This document shows, in pieces, positions 51,142-61,487 of a stretch of 64,000 nucleotides of DNA. How positions within the stretch are numbered: the first letter of the stretch is position 1; the number at the start of each line of letters is the position of its first letter. The position numbers and the translations under genes were made by a program. The DNA is taken from positions 1-64,000 of the forward strand of contig WELA01002573.1 of assembly GCA_009602735.1 (NCBI GenBank), read 5' to 3'. The notes beneath the pieces were generated by a model. The model had not been told where the DNA came from, did no database searches, and was given only the letters and a program-made list of their open reading frames with translations. This DNA comes from Mesotaenium endlicherianum (lineage: Eukaryota).

Positions 51142-54089
51142 TATTGATGTCGCGATTGCTATCCACTTGACGGTGCCGCACGCGCAGCGCAAGTCGTGGC
51201 CGCCCAGGTACGGGAAGTCAGCATTGACTCACCGACCAGAGGACCAAGTTATCTCAGTTAGCGGTCATGTCAAAGTCGTTATCACTGTCAAATTGGTCAC
51301 GACACGTCAAACCCACACCCAGGAATGGATGGGGATTTGGTCGGAGTAGTCAGCTGAAAAACTAGGGATATGGAACCAGCAAGTGCCTGGAAAGGTGCTG
51401 ATCAATTGCCGATCTAAGCCAAGTACAGCAGGGATATTGCAGAGGCGTTGTGTGCGCCACCTCGGCCAAGACCCTCAGGTGTCTAGTCACGGCTTGAGCG
51501 TTCATTCTGAACAATGCCAGCCAGCCACATAGGCGTGAGTGCCAGCTGAAAGACTAAGCGGTCACGCGCGACAATCCCAGAGCATGCATGCATGCTGAAT
51601 GACAACTTCTAAGCTGTGTGAGAGCTGCTGGGTAAGGACGGCATGCAAGCTAAGCGCTGTGACTAAGCACTGGCATTCTCAAGAGAGGATAATGTGTGGT
51701 GCCTGTGAAAGGCACAAATCCTGCCTGAAGCTGCCTCACTCTTGCTCGCATCGTTGTCAAAGAAAGTTGAAGAAGCAGAAGGAGCGCGAAGAAGAAGGAG
51801 TTCCCAAGGCCATAGAAGAGACGTGGCGCCACGCTTTTGGCAACGCTGGAAGATTTCTTCCTAAGTGCATCATAGAAAGGTTAGACCGCAGGAGTTCCCA
51901 AGAGAGGGTCTCGCTGGTAGAAAGTAGAGAGCTGCAGAATAGAATCTGCTAGGAGATTGGCACAGATTTGGGTCACACACCACAAGCGTGCGAGGGACAC
52001 TTAAAATGGTGAGTGCTGTGTTAGTTTCCAGGTTCTCAGAAGTCTCAATTGTCGAATTGCTAATAGCAAGAGTAGCCTTAACAAGTAAAGCTCTCAGTGA
52101 AGAACTGAGTGAGTCTAGCCGAGCAGTGAAGAGCTGTTACGGTGCGGTGTTGAGTGAAGAGCCCAGACCAGGCCAGCATAGATATGCTGTTTCAGAATTT
52201 TGTAAGCTGTGACTTGTGGAAGTTAAGCAAAAGCCTTGAAGGGCGATCTTCTCTGAATCTGGCATTGCCTGTTAAGCTGCTTAGAAGTGATTTCTGCAAA
52301 TCACAAACCCGTTCATCCTGTAAACCCTCAACTTGTGCAAAAGCCTGTGTGGAAGTAAGACACTTCTGTTCTACTTCTGAGAACTTGATGATTGGTTCAG
52401 GTGAACAAGAATTCCCAAGTCAGTTGGGGATTGAGGCCTGTGAAGGCTGCCAGTGTTCAACCTGGAAGGGGACCTGGAGAAATTCAACTATATATGCGGT
52501 TGAGGAGTGGAAGACTCTACCACTCTGTGGAGCCTGAAGAAGGTTCTGATTCTAGCCAGAGTCCACGAGGAAGTGAGACATCTGAGCATACTGACAACCG
52601 GTGGAGTAAGCAACCGTTCAGAGACGAGTCTCGTTATATCTCCGCAAGCGGTGAGAACCCGGATAACACACAAGCCTTTGCACCTGATTTGGGCAGAGAG
52701 CAAGACGTGTGGGGAAGAGTCGGTGAGTCCTGGTCACCGTTTGAAATGGCCGATGATGATCGGGATGAAAATCCTAAGTTCAAGCTGTCTGCAAAGTGTT
52801 TTTAGGGACGAACCAGCGGAAACGATCTCACTTTCGAAGAGTTTGATGAGATCTATTGGGCAGAATTCTTTGAGAAGATTCGGAAGGATTCTTCTTATAC
52901 GCAATCTGTCGCATTTATAGACTTGGTTCAGTACTTGGACAAGGATGCCCTGCTGCTATATCGCCAATTCCGGAAGAATGAGGATCTCACCCAGGAATGG
53001 GCATTTGCAGAACAAAAAAGGGCAAGGGATTTGAAAATCCAGAAAGAGGCTGCGAAAGCCCGAATGTCTGCTTTATCTTCAGGAAGAACAGTGACAACAG
53101 CACTTGTTGAGAGCATAGACTTAGCTGCACTAACACAAGAATTAACAGAGGCCATGAGGCAACTCACTGAGGGTCAGCAAAGGGTTGCTACTCAGAGCGA
53201 TGATGCTGGCTCTGTCGCAGAATTGCGAAAAGTGTGTGCAGAATTGTCTGAAAAGATTGCTATTGCTCAGGAACGAGTACCACGCAGAGCTGCTCTCCCC
53301 ATGGTCAGCAAGGCGATAGCGCCACGACAAAGGGAAGGCATGTGCAAGCCTTGGCTAGCTGTGGTGAGGATATGGAGGCTGGGGATGACCAGCTAGACCC
53401 CAAGCATTGTCTGCGTCGTTCCTTTAAGTTGCTTGAAGCACGATTCCCAGAGGATCGCAGTCTTAAGGTGCACTGTTATGTGCATTTTGTCCGACAGAAG
53501 AACAAGACAGTCATGGAGGTTAAATCCAGATTGGTAGACCTCGCCAAAAAGGAAAAAATATACGAGCCCAGAATAGTGGCTGACAAGTTTCTGTTGTGCT
53601 TGGGCAAGGAAACAGATCGTGAAGTCAGGCCACATCTGTCCGCAAAGCACGGGATTGACTAGGACATCGACGAGACGGCTGAAATAGCACGCAATGTCAA
53701 AGAAGGTAAAGTGTGGTACAAAGAGGCTTCCAGGACGCTTATGGCTCCTGAGAGGAGGGAGGAATCCTCTCCACCTAAGGCCAACAACTCTAATTTTCAG
53801 TTTAAGAAAAAGAGCGGGTCTTTCAATAAGTTTGCTAAGCATGCCAACACTGCTGAAAAAGCAGAGAGCTGTTGGAATTGCGGGAAATCGGGACATCAAA
53901 AGAGGGATTGTTCGTACCCAGATGCTGAGCAATAATCTGCTGGCAAGGCACAGATATGTGCACATTGCAGCAAGAAGGGACATTCAGAAGATGAGTGCTG
54001 GTCTAAGAACCCAAAGTTAAAATCACCTTGGGCAAATGCTGCCACAAAAGAGGCAGACAAGGAAAGAAAGAAAGAAAAGGGTGGCTCTG

Positions 54090-54809
54090 TGAAATGAATC
54101 GACTTACCAAATAGACGATTAACAATTAATAAAGATCTTTATATCAGCAAGTAATCTTTATGGTATTTTCCGTTAACTAGTTAAACGGCAAAGGACAACA
54201 CACTAGCAGTGAACAATACTCGTAAGTCAAATGCGAGTGAACTAGCATCAATAATGCAATCAGTAAACTCATACATAAGCAAGGTTAGAAGACAGTGTGT
54301 ACCAATGGCTTGTCGCCTTGGATTCAATTTTATCTCAGTAAGCTGTGCAAGAGAGTTGGCCTCGTTCCCGAATGCTGAACTCGAGAACAATGCCTAGCAT
54401 ATGTACATGGAATGAGTTTACTGTTCAACGGCCAGTGCGATGGCACCGCCTGCCCGGGAGTTAACCACGTTGGTAGGACCTCGGCTAACCAAATCCACCG
54501 CCATCTCCCATCATCCCAAATCGCCATCCATCATAGGGATGTCATCTGGCCATTCATCTAGCATATCACACTTAGATGCATATCGAGGCAGTTCGCTGCT
54601 ACCGAGTACGGAACTCAGCTGGCTGTCAAAGAATGTGTCAGCAAGCTGACTTAAGTGGACTTCAGCCTGCTGCTTCCGGCTGAGTCATTAAACTGCTATT
54701 AAATATAAAGTCCAGCAGACTGATTATCAACTAGAGTTCAGTAGGCTAAACTTAAATAACTATTATATTTAAATGAATATTACATCTACTAATATACTGA
54801 TTCATTACA
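54090..54809 (-). mobile_element. Solo LTR of family D inserted in element E gag
   Basis: TG..CA ends, reverse-complement match to 61488-62170, TSD CTCTG/CTTTG. Excision restores the frame KEKGGSGNRKGNQKDEAMSAE. Confidence 0.92.
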
Positions 54810-56006
54810 CTTTGGTAATCGCAAGGGTAACCAGAAGGATGAAGCTATGAGTGCAGAAATCGCTGAGTTGAAAGCTCAGTTTGCGAAACTAAACGCGCCC
54901 AATGTCGACTATGATGCAGATATTGCAGAAAAGACCGTCTGCAAAGGCGAGAAGTTGATGCCTGAAAAGGTTGTGGACGTAACGGCTGCCGAGCAAGCAA
55001 ATCACAACCGTCTAGTGCCAAGGAATGCTGGGAAGCTTCCTCAAACTTTTCGGATCACTCTGGATGAAAATGAGACCTTGCAGCTACGACAAGCCAAGCC
55101 TGGGACGCGTAAAACATTTAGTTTTTCGCTGGAGAAGCTGAAGGCCTGGGTGGAACACCGGATCCAGCATACTCCTTTGCTCTCTCTCGCTGATTTGCAT
55201 ATCAGTTACCCATTCACAGTTGAAGAAGCCGGACATCAGCTGGATATGGCTGAGGAAGGTGCAAATAGCGCCTCATTGCCCACCAATTTCAGCACCGTGA
55301 GAGTGCAAAATAGGGATGGTGCATTAATCTTCAACAAATGGGCAGCTCCCAACATTTTGTTGGATGCAGGCGCACAGCCAGTCATCTTGGGAAAGCGAGC
55401 TCTGAAAGCTCTAGGATTGACGGCAAGGGACCTGAAAGAGAGCCCTTTCCAGTTGAGAACTGCCTCAGGACAAGTCTCAAAGTTTTGTGGGATTACCGCA
55501 AGCCTGTGAAAATCACAATAAATCCAGGGAAACCTGAAGAGGCATCACTACTCATGGAGTGCACAGTGACGGAGGCAGAGAACTATGAAATTCTCTTGGG
55601 AACAGAAGCACTGATTTCCTTGGGTATGGTCATTGATCTGCGGAAGCAGAGCGTGATTTACCAGTCAACAGATCGGCAGCCGGCAGGAGAAATTCCTGTG
55701 AAGATGGTCTGCACAGGAGAAGCAAACTACGGATTGCTAGACTGCTGCGTTAACGACAGGTACCCAGAAGCCGCCGACAACATCATGAAGCAAGAAGAGG
55801 AAGACTATACAAACATCAACATGCCAACACCCTTGGTATGGCAACCCCAGATCATGAAGCCGTTGGATACTGTGAGTAATAGGGATTGCGGCCCGCAAGA
55901 ATTGCTGCCAGTACCTTACCCAGTTACCTCCACTACAAATCTGATGCCTGGAGTTGAGCCACTGCCGCAAGGCATTGATAGGATGGAAGATCCTTTTCGC
56001 AAAAGG

Positions 56007-56970
56007 GGAGTAGTGGTGTTGGAATTATTCGTCGGACTTGGATCTGGAACCATAGCATTGATCCAGCGAGGAATACAGGTGGCCAAAGTCCTGTATGTGG
56101 ACAATGACGACCACGCTTTGCTAGCATTCCAAGAAGTCATGAGTAAGATGCGGCAAATGCATCTTTATAAAGGGTTGGCGCCCGCATATAGCAATGACGA
56201 GCGCATCGCCGGAGGCAACATTATCGATGTGAAGCCTGAACACCTGTATGGCTACAAAATTGACTGAATCTTTGTTGGATTTCCTTGTCAACCATTTTCT
56301 CAAGCTGGAAACCGGAGGGGATTCAGTGATCCACGAGCACAACACTGGGGATGGATAGTGAAAATCATCAGCAGGCTGCGGGAACGACAGCACTACTACC
56401 CACCAGTGTTTGTGATTATGAATGTACATCTAGAAATGGATTACAAGCAGATGAAGCCGGGAGAACCATGGCTGATTTTCAACTCCACTTTGGACCATCA
56501 TGTGCTAATCAACGACGCCAAGTACGGAGGATTATCCCATAGGGCCAGGATATTTTGGACCCAAGGCATATCTATTGAGGTCCTGAGGGAGATGGAGGAC
56601 ATTACACGGCAATCACCAACCGCATTGACAGTGAAATAGGCGCTGGCGGTGCATACCAGACTAGTGGTCAGGAGGGATTCCTATCCACAGTGTGTCATCA
56701 ATGAACCAGATCAGCCAAGGGTGGTACTGCCAACCTTCACAGCATATCCAAGATCCCGAGCCTTCATAGAAGGTGGACCAGGACTGGTCAAAGGCATGCA
56801 TGAAAGAAACGCCGTTTGGAGAGAGCCTGCTGCGGTAGAGAAGGGCAAATGCCTTGGAATACCCGACAACATAGCTCGGCATATAGCCGGTGCTGTAGGG
56901 TCAGATGAAGCTGCAAAGATTTTTGGCAACATGATTGGGCAGCACTCTATGACTTGGTTGGTGGAAACAA
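56007..56970 (+). pseudogene. C5 DNA cytosine methyltransferase domain within the element E polyprotein (two in-frame stops)
   Basis: One reading frame: motif I VLELFVGLG; II YVDND; III GNIIDV; IV ID*IFVGFPCQPFSQAG (PC at 56283-56288); V GFSDPR; VI FVIMNV; VIII SHRARIFW; IX WREPAAVEKGKCLGIP; X KIFGNMI. Stops at 56265 and 56637. Confidence 0.88.
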
Positions 56971-59149
56971 TCATGACAAGGCAGCAGCTGACTTTCACTG
57001 ACAAGCCTCTGTCGAGAACAAGACCAGTGACAATTGGAGTCAACGTGGTGCTAACATCTGATCAAAGAGCTATCAGGACGGCACACCAGCAACAAGAAGA
57101 ATACGGTGTGCAAAGAGACGTAGCGGAAGCTGCTAGAGACAAAGCACTCAGGGAAGCTAGGGTGGCTGAATGTAGGAGATGCCAGGATCTGTTGGACCGG
57201 ATTGATAATCGGACCAATGAATTACAAGCACCTCTGGAAAGAGAAGATACACCCATGGGGGACCAAGCACCTGAGCAGGCAACGGCGCTGCCAACTGCAG
57301 AAGACGATACGCAGGACACCCCATCATCTGCAAAAAACGCCACTCACAGCCAGATATTTGGGAGCTCACCTCCCGGAGCCATGACATTACGACGTGAGGA
57401 GACTCCAGAAGATGCCAGATCAGGGTATGATACTAACCGCAGTCCAAGAGCAGCTGGGCGCGGAGACTACTGACAAGAAAGCTCAAGTAGCTGGGAAGCT
57501 AACCAACAGTGTCTGTTGTCTTCACCAGAGCAAGCGCCGTTACAAGACATGTCAGAAGAATCTGAGAAGAAGACTCCCGAGCCAACGCCTGAAGAAATTG
57601 GATTTTATCTAAACGAAGCAATAGAGCGAGAACGCCAGTGCAATATTGGTGAATGGGCTGAAGAGAGTAGCCAAAATTCATGAGATTCTGAAAGGTCTGC
57701 AAAGACCATATGCCTCGAAGTGATATTCGAAGAACTCCAGGAGGAGTTGGACAAGAAATTATCTACAAAACCTGCTTTAGTGAGCCCAGAGCCGCAGGCT
57801 AAGGGGCAACAGCAGGGTTCAGCTAGTCAAACAGCTGAATCCATTACAAGGCAGATCATCGAGCACAAGGAAAAAGAAGTGGCTAAGGCAGCAAGCACGC
57901 TGTAATCAGCCATTGTCAACTTGGCAAACCTCAACACAGATAATGATGAAGAGCCGCCACCACCTAGAGTGGAGACGTCAGTTGAAGATGACGCAGAAAT
58001 GCCAGACCTGCCAGGGTTTGACCTGCCGTCAGTCACCAATGAAGAGGAGATTCAGGAAGAAATTCCACGTTTTCCTACTCCAGAGCTGGATCTGTTGGAG
58101 CTACAAGAGCTCAGGACGGATGACTGGGTGACCGACCACTTGGTAATGGAGGGGCCCAGCCCATCAGATCTATACAACAATCTGAGGTCGCCTACATCCA
58201 GCACTCCAACCACCAGTTTGCCAGTACCAGAAGCTACCCCCCATCAGTTACAACAGCCGCAGGAAGTGGCTGCCTATACCGCTAAGGTGGAACCAACACA
58301 AGGTAATTCTCGCGGTCGTGCAAGCAGACCAAGGAAGGTAGCCCGGGAACGGAATGCACCTTTTAGGCGCATGCTGATGCGTTATCTCAAGTATAGGGGA
58401 ACAGCTCAAAGAGAAGCGGTTCCGAAAGGAACCATGGCTCCACCTCCGCAACCTATCTTAGAGATTCTGCAGAGAGAAGGAGAGGATGGCTTGATTCGCA
58501 AAGCCATGGCACTAGGAATTCACATTCCCATGGTGTGTCCGTCATCCATTGGAACGTGGGAAAAGGACAGTTCAGCTCCTAGGACATCTGCAATTTTTGA
58601 AAGGGAACTGGTAGAGCTGAGAAGCATCATAAGCCGCTTGACAGCAGAAAATGTTGTATACGCACGACTAGCTGCGGCTCAAAGACAGCAGACTTTGACA
58701 CAAGCATGGACGGTTACGCCACCAGCCAGGGAGGAGTTTGGCACAACCGTTGCGCGCATTACTACTATTGAGCGCGAATGGGGTTGGAAAATTGACCCCA
58801 GGGCAGATCCAGCAGGGTGGCCGTTGCCAAACCCGCCCCCGCCACGTGAAGAGGGAGGAACAGGGACCAGCTGGACTGTTGCAGATGAAAAAAGGTTCTT
58901 GAGGCAGCCCATCCGGAGGCGTCTGACATACCCCAGTCAACACGAGAGTCGACGATCCATCGGAAAAGGTAAAAAGCCTAGGAAACAAGCCGCCGAGCCT
59001 AAAGCAGCGGAGGAGCAAGCTACGAAGTTTGCCACTCCACCTCCTAACAATCAGGCAAAAAAGCCTTAAGGTCAGGATGAGGGCGAAAAACCCCCACCTG
59101 AACCCAAAGAGTAGCAACTACTGGATGCGTGTGTTGAGGAAAAGCAGCT

Positions 59150-61487
59150 GGAAACTGAGATTTTCACCATCAAAAAAATGGTCTCAGCCCAACAGAGAGC
59201 ACAAGTAGAAAGGCTGCTGAAAAAGCACCGCAAGGTGATCTCTCTAACCAAGGAAGAGATCGGTAGAACCACTGCCAGTGTGTGTGAGATCACACTAACT
59301 ACTGATAACCCAGTCAGACTTGGGCCGCATAAGCTCAGTCAGACCGAATGAGACTCTGTGGAGAAAACTTGACAGGAGCTGCACAAGCTCGGTATGATTG
59401 AGAAATCAACCTCAGTACATGGAGCTCCCACAGTAGTAGTTGCCAAGAAGGACGAGGCTGGCAATTATACAGCCACTCGTATGTATGGAGATTATAGACG
59501 ACTGAACCTTCACACAGAGCCAGACAGCTATGTGATGCCTACACCAGAGCGGATCTTTGCGATTGCTACCACCGGGAAGGTGTTCAGCATCAACGATCTA
59601 CACCAAGGCTTCAACCAGATCCCTGTGAAAACAGAAGATCGAGGTAAGATCGCTTTCAGGGCCCAAAGGGAACTTTGGCAATGGACGGTAATGCCGTTTG
59701 AGCTGAAAAATGCCCTAGCCATCTTTTAGAGGACTATGGACAAAGTGCTGGAGGCGCTGGATTCTGCAAAATCATACATTGATGACGTGGTGGTGTTCAG
59801 CAAGTCCATAGAGGAGCATCTCAAACACTTGGAACAAGTGTTCCAGCGCCTGGAGAAATTCCAGATGACGCTGCACCCTGGAAAGTGCAGATTCTTTGAG
59901 GCACATGTGCCTTACTTAGGACATGAGATTGGGAACAATGCTATGTCCCCTCAGGCTGTAAAGACTGAAGCCATTTACAAGATACCTGCACCGACAAATG
60001 TGTCTAAGCTGAAAGCCCTGTTAGGGCTAAGCGAATACTATCGTAAACTTGTGAAGGATTAAAGCAAAATTGCTAAACCCTTGACAGAACTCTTGAAAAA
60101 GGACGTACCTTTTGTGTGGACGGAAGCCTAGGAGAAGGCCATGAACGAGCTCAAGGAGCGGCTGGTAACGGCCCCAGTTTTGCGAACGCCCGACTACTCC
60201 AAGCCGTTCAGTCTACCCACAGACTGGAGTCGTGTGGGAATCGGCGCAGTACTCACGCAGGCCGCAAGTCCTAGAGAGGAGTACGTCATTGCCTATGCCT
60301 CGCACTCTAACAACCGAGCGGAGAGCAACTACTCGACCTACGAAGGAGAGCTGCTGGCAGTGGTTTGGGCTGTTGCACATTTCAGAGAGTATCTATGGGG
60401 AAGACTCTTCTTGCTGATCACATATCACTCGCCGTTGCTCTGGCTGATGAAGAATGGAGACCTCATTGGTAAATTGGCTCGCTGGGCTCTTAAGCTCCAT
60501 GAGTACCAGATGACAGTGATACATCAAGCAGGTATACTCAACAACAACGCCGATGGACTTAGCAGGAACTTGGACCCATCCGCAGACAACAGAACGGGAG
60601 CTCGAGAAGACGAAGATCCGAGCAGCCCAGCAGAATTGGCAGCCTGCCTGACCGAAATGGCTAGAATGATAGCGTCAGGAGAAGTTGAGCCTCTACCCCT
60701 GTTCAGTCCAGAGATCTGGAAGGATCAAGCCACTATGCATTGGCTGAAGACGGGAGTCCACATGGAAGAAATATCGGGGAAAGAAAAGGACCAGGTGAGC
60801 CATCGAGCTAAAAGGTTTTGCTGGAAACGCAATAACCTTTTCAAGATTGAAGAAACTGGTCAGGAGAAGTTGGTGCCAGAACCCACCAAAAGGCGAGCTC
60901 TGGTGCAGGAAATGCACGAGAATACTGGACACTATGGTGTCAAGAAGACATATCATCTTCTGGAGCTGTCTTACTGGTGGAGGGGCATGAAGCAGCAGTG
61001 TGAGGATGTGATCAAGCCCTGCAAAAGCTGCGATCGCGTTAAGGCTGGTTTCATGCAACAACGCCCACACCTGCAATCTCTGCCAATCATGGGCCTAGGC
61101 TACCGCTGGAACTGCGATCTCGCAAGAGAGCTACCGCTGTCCAAGCGAGGTAACAAGTACATTATGGTCATGATTGAGCATTTTTCTAAGTGGATAGAGG
61201 TTGTACTTCTAACTGCTAAGGAAAACTTGGGGACCCTGGAAGCCCTTCTCAACGGTGTGATTGTACGTCATGGAGCTCCAGCAGAAGTGCTGACAGACCA
61301 GGAGTTTGAGTTCCAAGGATCTTTTCAGAAACTCTTGAACAAATGCTTCATTGACCATCGCATTACGTCAAGAGATCACCCACTGGCAAATGGTCTAGCA
61401 AAACGGATGGTGCAAACCATAAAGTCTGCTTTGCGCAAATTTTGCCTTGAGCACAACAAGCGTGATTGGGATCTGGCTTTGCCATGG
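59150..61487 (+). pseudogene. pol: Element E RT, RNase H and integrase (disrupted, truncated by element D)
   Basis: ORFs 59394-59729, 59736-60062 and 60141-61487 lie in one frame, separated by stops. Confidence 0.92.

Larger units (their letters stand above)
51148..61487 (+). mobile_element. Element E: decayed Ty3/Gypsy retrotransposon, gag-PR-DNA methyltransferase-(unknown)-RT-RNase H-integrase
   Basis: Gag start MRLRSGR (~52495); knuckles CWNCGKSGHQKRDC and CAHCSKKGHSEDEC; protease ILLDAGAQ; DNMT motifs at 56007-56970; RT MYGDYRRLN..SYIDDVVVFS; RNase H TDWSRVGIGAVL..YEGELLAVVWAV; integrase HENTGHYG..CKSCDR, VLTDQ. Interrupted at 54090 and 61488; left boundary uncertain. Confidence 0.88.

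Noticed and set aside
54181..54649. Short ORFs recurring inside D LTR copies
   Set aside because: They recur because the LTR is repeated; frames are not consistently preserved and no domain is recognisable.
56007..56970. Bacterial restriction-modification gene or contamination
   Set aside because: No independent start or partner nuclease; in frame with retroelement protease and RT and decayed in the same way.
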